Source: Corallococcus exercitus (GTDB lineage: Bacteria > Myxococcota > Myxococcia > Myxococcales > Myxococcaceae). Taken from it: a DNA stretch of 29,627 bases. The notes under the pieces are model-generated. The model did not search any database and had not been told where the DNA came from. It saw nothing but the letters and a program-made list of their open reading frames with translations. Numbering within the stretch: position 1 is the stretch's first letter; each line of letters starts with the position of its first letter. Shown here piece after piece: positions 16,623 to 25,676 of this stretch. The stretch is from NCBI RefSeq assembly GCF_003611585.1, contig NZ_RAVW01000068.1, positions 1-29,627 of the forward strand, given 5' to 3'. The position numbers and the translations under genes are program-made.

Positions 16623-17420
16623 ATGTCCGACCTTACCAAGTTTGAGATGCGTCAATTCGAGCGGCTGTTCGGGATGAGTTCCGGCTACGTGCTAAATTTT
16701 TCAAACCGAACATTCGAAGACTTCATTGCCGATAGCGCAAAAAGAATTATCTCCGAACCAAAGTATTACAGACACTCCGGTTCTAAAGCCAATCGACTGC
16801 GGGCCTTCTGGGAAGTAGAACCTAATCATGTCGTCGGAAAGCTTTCAGCCGACTTACTGGACTACACTCGCATCGAAAAGCTCATTGAGAACAAGGACCT
16901 ATTCGACTCCTGCCAAAAGATCGCCCAGCGCCTTCTCCATGATGCGCCGGCAATCAACATCGACGCCTTGACGCCAGTATCAACGGAAAGAGAGTTCGAA
17001 GCACTTGTGAATGCTGTCAAAATCTCAATCGAAAACAACGAACCGGAGTCGGCACTGGATCGGCTTCACACATTTTTCATCAAGTACTTACGACTCGTTT
17101 GCAGCGGCCGAAAAATCTCTATCGATAGAGAGAAGCCGCTCCACAGCCTGATGGGCGAGTACATCAAGGCACTAAAGCAGCAAAACGCGATCGAATCAGA
17201 AATGACCGAACGCATCCTCAAGTCAACCATTAGCCACCTGGACGCATTCAGCCGCGTCCGCAACGAACAAAGCCTCGCCCATGACAATAGAATGCTAAAT
17301 TACGAAGAAAGCCTACTCATCTTCAATCAAGTAACGAGCACCGTCAGGTTCATCCGTGCCATAGAAGATCGCTTGGCAAAGCAGGCTGCTCCAGTGGCCG
17401 ACGATGACATCCCCTTCTGA
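16623..17420 (+). CDS. AbiJ-like abortive-infection protein: N-terminal AbiJ-NTD-like domain + C-terminal HEPN (Abi_C) domain
   Basis: Visibly the lowest GC in the window. C-terminal SRVRNEQSLAHD fits the HEPN Rx4-6H motif (R-NEQSLA-H). Overall size and layout match the AbiJ / Abi_C family. Bracketed by the 87-nt direct repeats. Confidence 0.55.
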   Translation: MSDLTKFEMRQFERLFGMSSGYVLNFSNRTFEDFIADSAKRIISEPKYYRHSGSKANRLRAFWEVEPNHVVGKLSADLLDYTRIEKLIENKDLFDSCQKIAQRLLHDAPAINIDALTPVSTEREFEALVNAVKISIENNEPESALDRLHTFFIKYLRLVCSGRKISIDREKPLHSLMGEYIKALKQQNAIESEMTERILKSTISHLDAFSRVRNEQSLAHDNRMLNYEESLLIFNQVTSTVRFIRAIEDRLAKQAAPVADDDIPF

Positions 17421-17513
17421 CTCCAGTTCTACAGATCCGAACTCAGGCAGAACGATGGAGCCGCAGCCTGCTTGCCCCTGAGTTTCTGGCGATGTAACTG
17501 GCAGGGCTTGATG

Positions 17514-17600
17514 GTTGGTTGCAGCGTTGCCTGCCGCACGTCCGGCGGGATTCGGGTGACGGGTCGGGAAACGCGGTGCCAGCATGCGCCGCATGTCCTC
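17514..17600 (+). repeat. Direct repeat copy 2 (native 5' end of the alanine-racemase-fold gene)
   Basis: See copy 1. Contains the functional ATG at 17584. Confidence 0.7.
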
Positions 17601-18678
17601 GACCTTCCTCGATACGCTCGACACGCCCGCCGCCATCGTGGACCTGGCCCGCGTGGAGCGGAACCTCCAGCGCGTCGCGACCTACGCTCGCGAGCACGGC
17701 CTGCGCTGGCGTCCCCATACGAAGACGCACAAGACGGCGGAGCTGGGCGCGATGCAGGTCGCGGCGGGAGCCACCGGCGTCACGGTGGCCACCGTCCTGG
17801 AAGCCGAGGTCATGGCTTCGGTGTCCGACGACGTGCTGCTCGCGTACCCGCCGGTGGGCGAGCGCAAGCTGGCGCGGCTGATGGCCCTGCCTTCGCGCGT
17901 GCGGCTCACCGTGGCGCTCGACTCCCATGACGTGCTGGAGGGCCTGGCGCGCGCGGCCCGGGACGCGGGGCGCACCGTGGGCGTGCTCGTGGAGGTGGAC
18001 CTGGGCATGCGCCGCGTCGGGCTGCGCACGCCGGAGGAGACCGTGGCCCTGGCACGCGCGGCGGCCTCCACGCCTGGCGTGGCGTTTCGCGGGGTGACGT
18101 TCTACGCGGGCCACATCCGCATCCCCCAGGCGGAGCTGCCTTCCGCGATGGGCGCCCAGTCGGCAGCACTGGCGACGTTCGTGGGCGCATTGAGCGACGC
18201 GGGCCTGCCGCCGGAGGTGGTCAGCGGCGGCTCCACGCCGACCCTCTGGCAATCCCATACCGTGAAGGGCCTCACGGAGATCCGCCCGGGACTCAATGCG
18301 CTGAACGACCGCAACGCGGCGGTCATCGGCGCCTGTGATTGGACGGAGTGCGCCTATTCCGTGCTGGCCACCGTGGTGAGTACGGCCGTGCCCGGCCAGG
18401 TGGTCATCGACGCGGGGGCCAAGGCGCTGGTGAAGGAGGAAGGGCTGGCGCCGGGCTATGGCGTCCTGCTGGACCGGCCAGAGGTCGTGGTGAAGAACCT
18501 GTCGGAGGAGCACGGCCTGCTGGACGTGTCCGGCACGACGTGGCGCCCCCGCATCGGCGAGCGGGTGCGCGTGGTGCCCAACCATGTCTGTGTTTCTGTC
18601 CCCCAGCATCCCCGGCTGTACGTCGTGCGCGGCGACACGCACGTGGCCACGTGGGAGGTCGCGGCACGCGGCTGGTGA
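17584..18678 (+). CDS. PLP-dependent alanine racemase-fold (fold type III) enzyme, D-serine dehydratase-like / D-threonine aldolase family
   Basis: LRWRPHTKTHKTAELG (PHxKxHK PLP-lysine motif of the DSD1/D-TA family). Ala_racemase_N-like N-terminus. C-terminal beta-domain. Confidence 0.8.
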   Translation: MRRMSSTFLDTLDTPAAIVDLARVERNLQRVATYAREHGLRWRPHTKTHKTAELGAMQVAAGATGVTVATVLEAEVMASVSDDVLLAYPPVGERKLARLMALPSRVRLTVALDSHDVLEGLARAARDAGRTVGVLVEVDLGMRRVGLRTPEETVALARAAASTPGVAFRGVTFYAGHIRIPQAELPSAMGAQSAALATFVGALSDAGLPPEVVSGGSTPTLWQSHTVKGLTEIRPGLNALNDRNAAVIGACDWTECAYSVLATVVSTAVPGQVVIDAGAKALVKEEGLAPGYGVLLDRPEVVVKNLSEEHGLLDVSGTTWRPRIGERVRVVPNHVCVSVPQHPRLYVVRGDTHVATWEVAARGW

Positions 18679-18688
18679 ACCCCGCGCC

Positions 18689-19684
18689 TCAGACGATGCG
18701 CTGCAGCTCCTGCGTCAGCATCTCCTCCAGGTGCCGGATGTTCCGGTAGACGAGGCACCGGTAGCTGGACACATCGAAGCGCAGCTCCTTCACGTCGCGC
18801 ACCAGCATCAGGGTGGGCTTGCCGCGTCCCCAGGCGTAACCCACCTCCAGGTAGACATTGGGGTTCGCCAATGACAGGTCCGCGATGACGACCTTCGCGG
18901 TGTCGATGCGGTCCCGGATGCGCTGGATGATGGGACCGTCGAAGATGGCCTGATCCACGCGCTCGCACAGGAGCCCGGCCGACTTCACCGGATTCAGGAT
19001 GCCGTAGTGGTAGGTGTCCTCCAGCTCCGGCGCGAAGGGCATCGCCACGAAGGCGTGGGGCTTCTCGTTGGAGTTCGCGCCCGCGGAAGCCATGGGCGGC
19101 GCCTGGACGAAGCGGGACGTCCGCCGGACGCGGAAGCCCGTGGCCCCCATCAGCGGCTCCACGCCCGGCGTGAGCCCCAGCCCCAGCGCGATGGCCTTGC
19201 GCAGCCGCTCCACGCGCTTCGGGTTCAGCTCCACCACCGTGATGCGCTCCAGGTTGCGCGGGCCGCTGCCGCGCTGGAACGCGTCCACGAAGCCGCCCAC
19301 CAGGGCCAGCACGGCCTCGTCCTCATCCAGCCCGTAGTTGGGGCCGTGCACCGTGCACGCGAGGTGACGCACCTCGTGCCGGGGCTCCAGGAGCTGGAGC
19401 GCGCGCACGGAGAACTGGCGGATCTCGTGGTAGCCGAACTGGCGCAGGCGCACCGTGCCCAGGAAGAGCACCAGCGGAGCGCCCAGGCTCCTGCGCGTGT
19501 CGATGAAGCGGTGGTCCCCGGGGAGCAGGTCGAAGGCGTCCATGGCCACGCCCGCCGCCTCCAGCCGGCGCGACACCGCGCCGTCCGCCCCGTGGAAGCC
19601 CTGCGCGTACTTCAGCAGCACGGCATCCGCGGCCGTCTCCCCCACGTCCCCCAGGTCCACCACGACGTCCAGCGTGTCTCCCAT
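18689..19684 (-). CDS. Two-domain protein: N-terminal Macro-like (ADP-ribose-binding) domain + C-terminal SLOG / nucleoside 2-deoxyribosyltransferase-like Rossmannoid domain (ThsA-like architecture)
   Basis: Macro: VVVDLGDVGETAADAVLLKYAQGFHGADGAVSRRLEAAG vs the consensus VxGDITxxxxDAIVNAANxxLxxGGGVxxAIxxAAG. C-terminal: FVAMPF...KVVIADLSLANPNVYLEVGYAWGRGKPTLML, the NDT/SLOG-type pattern (AD...E.GYA..GKP). Confidence 0.7.
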   Translation of the reverse strand: MGDTLDVVVDLGDVGETAADAVLLKYAQGFHGADGAVSRRLEAAGVAMDAFDLLPGDHRFIDTRRSLGAPLVLFLGTVRLRQFGYHEIRQFSVRALQLLEPRHEVRHLACTVHGPNYGLDEDEAVLALVGGFVDAFQRGSGPRNLERITVVELNPKRVERLRKAIALGLGLTPGVEPLMGATGFRVRRTSRFVQAPPMASAGANSNEKPHAFVAMPFAPELEDTYHYGILNPVKSAGLLCERVDQAIFDGPIIQRIRDRIDTAKVVIADLSLANPNVYLEVGYAWGRGKPTLMLVRDVKELRFDVSSYRCLVYRNIRHLEEMLTQELQRIV

Positions 19685-19898
19685 GGGCCCGGGACTGTAG
19701 GGCGTCCCGGTCCAACCACGCCATCCCCCGCGCCCGTCGCCGTGCGTCAGGAGGGCGAAACACAGACGTTGCCAAAGCAGGTCAATCCCTGTTCAATGAC
19801 GCCTTGCGCCTGCCTGGCTGTCTTTCAGGCCACCACCGCGCTGCCTGTGAAGCACTTCACAGTTTCCGCCCGGGCGTCCCGGGTAGCATTTGGGCACC

Positions 19899-20792
19899 AT
19901 GTCCCTGTTCGCGCGCCTGCAGGCCCTGCTGTCCGCCCATCCGTCCGCCCCGGTCTCCTCCGGCGGGCAGACGTCCGCGACCTCCGCCACGGCCCCGGCG
20001 GCAGGGGCCCCGGCGGACGTGGAAGGGGCTCCCGCGCCGCCGCCCGTCTGCACGCGCTACCTGCCCGCGGGCCAGGTGGTGGTGCGCGAGGGCGACCCGG
20101 GCCATTCGATGTTCGTCGTGCTGGAGGGCCGCGTCGCGGTGCTGCGCGGCGGCGACAACGGCGCCAACACGGAGGTCGGCCGCCTGGGGGCCGGCGAGTT
20201 CTTCGGCGAGCTGGCGCTGCTCACCGGCACGCAGCGCACCGCCACCATCGTGACGGTGGAGGACGCCGTGCTGCTGGAGCTCACCCAGGCCGGCGTCCGG
20301 GAGCTGGGCAAGGACTACGGCGTCAAGGGCGAGCAGATGCAGGTCACCGCCCGGGAACGCCTGCTCGCGGACGCGCTGCGCAGCAACCCGCTCATCGCCG
20401 CCCTGCCCCCGGAGGTGCAGCACGAGCTGGGGGACGCCTTCGTCCCCTGCACCGTCCCCGCCGGAGAGACGCTGCTCACCCGGGGCCAGCCGGGCGACGC
20501 GCTCTACGTCCTCATCCGGGGCCAGTGCGAGGTCTTCCACACGCACGGCGACGGCCGCCAGTCCCCCTACCCTACGCTGGAGGAAGGCGCCCTGTTCGGG
20601 GAGATCTCCCTCTTGCGCAGCCGGCTGGCCACCGCCACCGTGCGCACCGTGACTCCCTGCACGCTCCTCAAGCTGGAGCGCGACGTGTTCAAGAAGGCCT
20701 TCCTGGGCCAGCCCGACCTGCGCGGCGCCCTGGTGCGCCTGGGCCTGGAGCGGCTCAAGCACACGATGGAAGTCATGGGCGAGCCGAAGTAG
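19899..20792 (+). CDS. Tandem cyclic-nucleotide-binding (CAP-family cNMP) domain protein, no output domain
   Basis: Domain 1: GEFFGELALLTGTQRTATIVTVEDAVLLEL. Domain 2: GALFGEISLLRSRLATATVRTVTPCTLLKL. ATG at 19899 (the ORF track used an upstream TTG). Confidence 0.85.
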   Translation: MSLFARLQALLSAHPSAPVSSGGQTSATSATAPAAGAPADVEGAPAPPPVCTRYLPAGQVVVREGDPGHSMFVVLEGRVAVLRGGDNGANTEVGRLGAGEFFGELALLTGTQRTATIVTVEDAVLLELTQAGVRELGKDYGVKGEQMQVTARERLLADALRSNPLIAALPPEVQHELGDAFVPCTVPAGETLLTRGQPGDALYVLIRGQCEVFHTHGDGRQSPYPTLEEGALFGEISLLRSRLATATVRTVTPCTLLKLERDVFKKAFLGQPDLRGALVRLGLERLKHTMEVMGEPK

Positions 20793-20966
20793 TCCGCCGT
20801 CCTGCGCCGTCCCGCTTTGTACCCTCCGAGAGCGTCTGGCTTCACCCGGAGAGGAAATGCTTCATCCCAGACAGACAATCGCCCTGCGAAAGCAGTTGTC
20901 TGTCCAACACCTCACGGCTGGTATTGGGAATGCAATCACGCCACTCCGGAGCAACCGGGAGGCGTC

Positions 20967-22979
20967 ATGCAAGGCAGGGCTGTGCGTTGGGGCAGGAGAA
21001 GTCTGGGGTGGCTGTCCGCGTTGGTGCTGTGCACGCATTGCGGTGGAGTGGCGGAACAGGAGCAGGCAGGACCGGAGGCCGCGGCGCCTCCGGAAGCGGT
21101 GAAGGCAGCACCGCTGGCGACGGGATGCATCTCCGAGACGATCTACGAGACCTTTGGAAGCCGGCGGGAGGGTGACGCGTACGTGGACGCCGCCCGGCCG
21201 ACGACGAACTTCGGGAACGACCCGTTGCTCCTGGTGGATGGCTCGCCCCAGCTGGCGTCGTACATGAAGTTCAGCGTGACGAATGACGACGCGTACTTCC
21301 CCATCGTCGGGGCGACGCTGAACATGTCCGTCCTGGATGGCAGCACGGATGGGCCCGCCCTCTACCGCACCAGCACCGGGTGGAGCGAGGACACGCTGAC
21401 CTGGAACACGCGGCCCGCGCCACAGGGTGACCCGCTGGGAGACCTGGGCAACGTGGAGAGCAACACCTGGGTGACGTACGACGTGAGCGCCGCGGTCCGG
21501 AGCTCGGGCGAATACGCCTTCGCGCTCCTGCCCACCGGCGGCAACGGCGTGGACATCGAGTCCGAAGAATCCAGGAACATCGGCCCCATGTTGAACCTCA
21601 CGCGCGCCATCACGTACTGCTCGCGCCAGGGCACGGGCGGCGCACTGCAGGGGGTCTGGAAGTACGGCGGCCCGGGAGAGGAGATGCCCTCCGCGGTGGC
21701 CGCCGCTCCCGATGGCGGCTGGGTCGTCGCGGCGCGCTTCTACACCTCCGGTGACTTCGGCGGAGGGCCGGTGAATGCCCCCGCGTACCTGGTGCTCGCG
21801 AAGTACGGCCCGGACGGGTCGCATCAGTGGTCGCGCAGCTACGTGCCCTTCGTCACCGGAGGCGTGCCGGACATCACCGTGGGCGGGTTGGCGGTGACGT
21901 CGCTCGGCAACATCCTCATCGCGGGCTCGTACTCCGGCAGCCCCGACCTGGGGACGGGGGCCCTGCCGGCGACCTACGGGAACATGCCGGGCGTCTTCAT
22001 CGCGAAGTATTCGCCCAATGGCACGCCGGTCTGGTCCAAGGGCTTCCTCGCGGGGACCCCGCAGGTCGGCTCCTTGGAGAAGGTCCCCGCCCGGGCGTTG
22101 GCCGTCGCCACGGACGCTTCCGGAAGCCTCATCGTCACGGGCAGGTTCAGCGGGCAGATGGACCTGGGAGGCGGCGTGCTGGACTCCGGCGCCACCGTGG
22201 CGGGCCGGGAGGCGCTCTTCGTCGCGCGCTTCTCGTGGGAGGGGCAGCACCTGTGGTCGCGCGTCCATGGGGCCGGGAACACAGGCTCCGAGGGCCAGGC
22301 GCTCGCCACGGACAGCACCGGCGCGGTGCTGCTCGCGGGCGTCGCGAGCCCCCACCCCACCAACACCCCGCTGGGGGTCCAGGGTCCCCGGACGCCCTTC
22401 GTGGCGAAGTACTCGCCCACGGGCGCGCTCCAGTGGTCCCGCGCGCTCAACGGCGGCCAGGGCACCATGCGGGGCGTCGTCGCGCGGCCCGGGGACGCCG
22501 TGGCCTTCACCGCCACCTTCACCGGCAGCTTCCCCTTCGCGGGGCGCACCTATAGCGCCAGCCTGGATGATCCGTACCTCAGCCGCACGGACATCATCCT
22601 GGGCGCGCTGTCGGCGTACGGCTCGGACCAGTGGGGACGGCAGCTGGGCGATCCCCAGACCGGAGACCGGGCCTTTCAATTGGGCGTGGATGGCCAGGGC
22701 CGGCTGACGCTGCGGGGCGACCTGTCCGCGCAGGTGGACCTGGGTGGAGGCCCCATCGGCCACCCGCGCTACGTGTCGAACTTCGTGTCGCGGTACGCGG
22801 CGGACGGCTCTCACCTGTGGTCGCGGGGCATGGACCCGAACCTCACGCCCGTCATGGCCGTCAACAGCGCAGGGGAGACCATGATCGCCAACCACCTCTT
22901 CCGGACGGGCACGGTGGAGGGGACGTTCCATACCGCCAACGGTCCTGGCGACCTGCTGCTGCTGAAGCTCGCGCCGTAG
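20967..22979 (+). CDS. Secreted/lipoprotein with N-terminal DNRLRE-type carbohydrate-binding-like domain and SBBP beta-propeller repeats
   Basis: GGGAGG RBS then ATG 20967. Signal peptide with C-rich end (LVLCTHCGG). TGWSEDTLTWNTRP (DNRLRE/malectin-like motif). Repeated ...YGPDGSHQWSR.. / YSPNGTPVWSK / YSPTGALQWSR / YAADGSHLWSR units typical of the myxobacterial SBBP repeat. Confidence 0.8.
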   Translation: MQGRAVRWGRRSLGWLSALVLCTHCGGVAEQEQAGPEAAAPPEAVKAAPLATGCISETIYETFGSRREGDAYVDAARPTTNFGNDPLLLVDGSPQLASYMKFSVTNDDAYFPIVGATLNMSVLDGSTDGPALYRTSTGWSEDTLTWNTRPAPQGDPLGDLGNVESNTWVTYDVSAAVRSSGEYAFALLPTGGNGVDIESEESRNIGPMLNLTRAITYCSRQGTGGALQGVWKYGGPGEEMPSAVAAAPDGGWVVAARFYTSGDFGGGPVNAPAYLVLAKYGPDGSHQWSRSYVPFVTGGVPDITVGGLAVTSLGNILIAGSYSGSPDLGTGALPATYGNMPGVFIAKYSPNGTPVWSKGFLAGTPQVGSLEKVPARALAVATDASGSLIVTGRFSGQMDLGGGVLDSGATVAGREALFVARFSWEGQHLWSRVHGAGNTGSEGQALATDSTGAVLLAGVASPHPTNTPLGVQGPRTPFVAKYSPTGALQWSRALNGGQGTMRGVVARPGDAVAFTATFTGSFPFAGRTYSASLDDPYLSRTDIILGALSAYGSDQWGRQLGDPQTGDRAFQLGVDGQGRLTLRGDLSAQVDLGGGPIGHPRYVSNFVSRYAADGSHLWSRGMDPNLTPVMAVNSAGETMIANHLFRTGTVEGTFHTANGPGDLLLLKLAP

Positions 22980-22994
22980 GCACCGCTTCACCCT

Positions 22995-23024
22995 GGAGGC
23001 CCGCGGCCGTGAGCGCGGGCCTCC
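22995..23024. terminator. Perfect 10-bp-stem hairpin between convergent genes
   Basis: GGAGGCCCGC-ggccgtgagc-GCGGGCCTCC. Confidence 0.55.
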
Positions 23025-23028
23025 GGCT

Positions 23029-23616
23029 TCAGCCGTGGAGCGTCTCCCCGGCCTCCAGCATGGCGATGAACTTCTCGAGCCGCCGCGCGCGCGTCTCCGG
23101 CTTCTTCGCGTCGTGGAGCCGGAAGAGGATGGCGTAGCGGTTGGCGCTCTTGAGCGTGGCGAAGAACGCCTTCGCCTTCGGGTTCTTCTCCAGCGCGAGC
23201 GTCAGGTCCTCCGGCACCTCGATGGTCTTCGACCCCGCGTACGCCGCCTCCCACCGGCCATCCGCGCGCGCCGCCTCCACCTCGCGCAGGCCCGCGGGCT
23301 TCATGCGTCCGGCGGCGACCAGGGCCTCCACCTTGCCGCAGTTGATCTTCGACCACTTGCTGCGCGGCTTGCGCGGCGTGAAGCGCTGGAGCCAGTACTC
23401 CGCGTCGAACGCGTCCTTCTGCCCGTCAATCCAGCCGTAGCAGAGCGCCACCTCCAGCGCCTGGGCATACGTCACGGACGGGATGCCGGACTCCAGCTTC
23501 GCCAGCTTCACCCAGACCCCCGGCGAGTCGGCGTGATGCTTCTCCAGCCACTTCTCCCACGCCTTCTCCGACGCGAACGGCACGACGGGGAGCTCCTGCT
23601 TCGCCTTCGCCTTCAT
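23029..23616 (-). CDS. YdeI/OmpD-associated family protein (DUF1801)
   Basis: C-terminus FFATLKSANRYAILFRLHDAKKPETRARRLEKFIAML is the family's hallmark (RY..L..I..AKK.ETR.RR). ATG at 23616. The 463-aa ORF in the track is an antisense-extended artefact. Confidence 0.8.
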   Translation of the reverse strand: MKAKAKQELPVVPFASEKAWEKWLEKHHADSPGVWVKLAKLESGIPSVTYAQALEVALCYGWIDGQKDAFDAEYWLQRFTPRKPRSKWSKINCGKVEALVAAGRMKPAGLREVEAARADGRWEAAYAGSKTIEVPEDLTLALEKNPKAKAFFATLKSANRYAILFRLHDAKKPETRARRLEKFIAMLEAGETLHG

Positions 23617-23712
23617 CCGGGGGTCACGCCTTTCCCTGGGCCCGCGCGCCTGCGCGACGGGTTCATGACAATCCCACTCTACCGGCGGAAGGCGGCGGGC
23701 GCGGAAGCGGTT

Positions 23713-24471
23713 ATGAAACACGCCATGGCTGACTCCAAGACCCCGCCGCCCGGCGCCGTGCCGCCCTCGCTCGCCCGCGTGGCCTTCCACGCCGTGGCGG
23801 CCGGGCTCACCCCGCTCATCCCCGTGCCCTTCCTGGACGACTACGCCCTGCGCCAGGTGCGCGAGCAGTCCGTGCGCGACCAGCTCAAGGAGAAGGGCCT
23901 GAAGGCGCCGGACAAGGCCGTGGCGGTGCTCGCCGGCTCGTACGATGAGCGCAGCCTGGGCGGGCGGCTGGTGTCCTATCTCAAGGCCGTGGCCCTCTTC
24001 CCGGTGCGCAAGGTGTTCCGCAAGGTCTTCTTCGTCCTCTGGGTGAAGGACTGCGTGGACCTGACCAGCGTGTGCCTGCACCACGGCTACCTGCTGCACC
24101 ACGCGCTCCAGCGCGGAGACCTGGACGCGGCCTCGCTCCAGGGGGACGCGCCCCGGAAGGTGCAGGCCGCCATCGTCGCCTCGTGCGCGGAGATGGACGC
24201 CCGCCCCATCAACCAGGCCCTGCGCCGCCTCTTCCGGAGCAGCAGCGTGCTGATGGCCGAGGCCACCCGCGCCTTCCTGGATCCGAAGCACGGAGGCGCC
24301 CGGGTGCCCGACCCGAAGGGCGAGAGCGCGGAGGTGAAGTCCCTCACCGACCGCCTTCTCCAGGAGATGTGGGAGGAGCGCGGCTACTTCACCGCGCTGG
24401 AGGCCCACTACGACAAGCACCTGAAGAGCGGCCTTGCCCCCACGCAGGCGCGGGCCGCCACGGGCACCTGA
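23713..24471 (+). CDS. Conserved hypothetical protein
   Basis: Long open frame with good codon bias. Start uncertain: ATG 23665, 23713 or 23725; 23713 has the best GGAAG spacing. No recognisable motif. Confidence 0.5.
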   Translation: MKHAMADSKTPPPGAVPPSLARVAFHAVAAGLTPLIPVPFLDDYALRQVREQSVRDQLKEKGLKAPDKAVAVLAGSYDERSLGGRLVSYLKAVALFPVRKVFRKVFFVLWVKDCVDLTSVCLHHGYLLHHALQRGDLDAASLQGDAPRKVQAAIVASCAEMDARPINQALRRLFRSSSVLMAEATRAFLDPKHGGARVPDPKGESAEVKSLTDRLLQEMWEERGYFTALEAHYDKHLKSGLAPTQARAATGT

Positions 24472-24480
24472 GGCCGGCCG

Positions 24481-25488
24481 TCACGGCGCGGGCGCGGTGG
24501 CCGTCTGAAGCGGCGCGCGGATGCGGGCGGAGAAGTCGTCCCGCCCCTGCGCGGCCAGGGCGCGCGCGTTGATGTGATAGCGCTGGCGGACCTGCGGCAG
24601 CGGCGCGTCCGTGTCGATGATGCCCAGCTCATAGGCGAGCTCGTCCGCGAACGCCGGCATCAGCGTGCGGTGGTCATACGGCACGTCCTTCGTGGCCACC
24701 TTCTCGAAGTGGCGCACCAGGTTGGTGGTGCAGTTGCTGGTGAGCGTGTCGTAGAACTCCGGCTGCGTGTGCAGCCCGTTCATCCGCTGCACCATGTCCA
24801 TGAAGAACGCGGTGATGCGCTCCCTGGATGCAGTCACCGGATACACATACACGTCGTCGTGGCGGAAGTTGGACCGCAGCTGCACCAGGTCCCGCTCGTC
24901 GCCTACGACGTAGGCAATCTCGAAGCGGCGGAACAGCCCGCCCAGCGCGGAGAACGTCTCCCCCTGCTCCCGCCGCACCTCCACGGAGAACACCACGCGG
25001 CGGCCGTCCTGGAAGCCGAAGCTCACCATCGTGTGCGCGGCGCCGTAGAAACCGGAGAAGGGCTCCACGATGAACGACGCCTCCGTGAGCGCGTCCGTGT
25101 CGTAGGTGGCCGTGTACCAGGCGGGGTCCCAGTCCGTGGTGCTGCGGTAGCGGAAGTCGCGCACCTCGTGCAGCGTCACCTTCGAGCCCGCCACCTCCGC
25201 CCACGGCGCCCGCGCCAGGTCCGGCGCCCAGTCCCGCGTGTTGGAGGGCTGGAACGTCCGCACCCAGCCGTACACGCAGAGGCACCCCAGCAGCATCACC
25301 GCCACGCCCCAGCGCCGGGAGCGCCACCGCCAGGCCGCCACCGCCGCGGCCACCAGGGCCCCCGCGACGAGGATCCGGGCCCCGTGCGGCCCCTCTGGCC
25401 CCGTCCCCGTCAGGGCCAGGGCCAGCGAGGCCCAGACGCCCCCCACCAGGAGCACGAGCCCCGACATGGCGTTCTTCCAGATGCGCAT
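24481..25488 (-). CDS. DUF4105 domain membrane protein (Lnb-like N-terminal periplasmic domain family)
   Basis: Two N-terminal TM segments, then [28 protein letters not shown]...[18 protein letters not shown] typical of DUF4105. Confidence 0.75.
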   Translation of the reverse strand: MRIWKNAMSGLVLLVGGVWASLALALTGTGPEGPHGARILVAGALVAAAVAAWRWRSRRWGVAVMLLGCLCVYGWVRTFQPSNTRDWAPDLARAPWAEVAGSKVTLHEVRDFRYRSTTDWDPAWYTATYDTDALTEASFIVEPFSGFYGAAHTMVSFGFQDGRRVVFSVEVRREQGETFSALGGLFRRFEIAYVVGDERDLVQLRSNFRHDDVYVYPVTASRERITAFFMDMVQRMNGLHTQPEFYDTLTSNCTTNLVRHFEKVATKDVPYDHRTLMPAFADELAYELGIIDTDAPLPQVRQRYHINARALAAQGRDDFSARIRAPLQTATAPAP

Positions 25489-25676
25489 GCGGCCGAGTAT
25501 CCGCGCCCCATGACGCTCGTGTCACCCACACGGCTTCCGGGCGCAGCCCCGGCGGGCGGCCGGGCGCGGATCCACCCTCACGGGAAGGCCCTGAATTTGT
25601 CGCAACCGCCTACCTTGACCGCTTTTCCCCGGGTGTGCGACGAAAGGGGGTCCCCTGCATCCAGGAGCCCACCCCC

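Noticed and set aside
16477-16677. 66-aa ORF beginning MRRMSSSFLKSP
   Set aside because: It is the duplicated 5' end of the downstream gene (direct-repeat copy 1) reading into unrelated sequence; it is a remnant, not an independent gene.
19890-19898. TTG start used in the ORF track for the cNMP-binding gene
   Set aside because: An in-frame ATG three codons downstream (19899) gives MSLFARL... and is the more likely initiation codon.
19007-21175. 722-aa plus-strand ORF, and 20862-22991 minus-strand 709-aa ORF
   Set aside because: They run antisense through the Macro/SLOG gene and the SBBP-repeat gene respectively and cross real gene boundaries and intergenic regions; low-complexity products.
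23617-24420. Upstream extension of the YdeI-like ORF to 463 aa, and the 478-aa plus ORF starting at 23035
   Set aside because: The extensions are antisense to each other's real coding parts and are compositionally junk. The recognisable YdeI domain starts at the ATG at 23616, and the plus-strand gene's coherent part starts at ~23665-23725.
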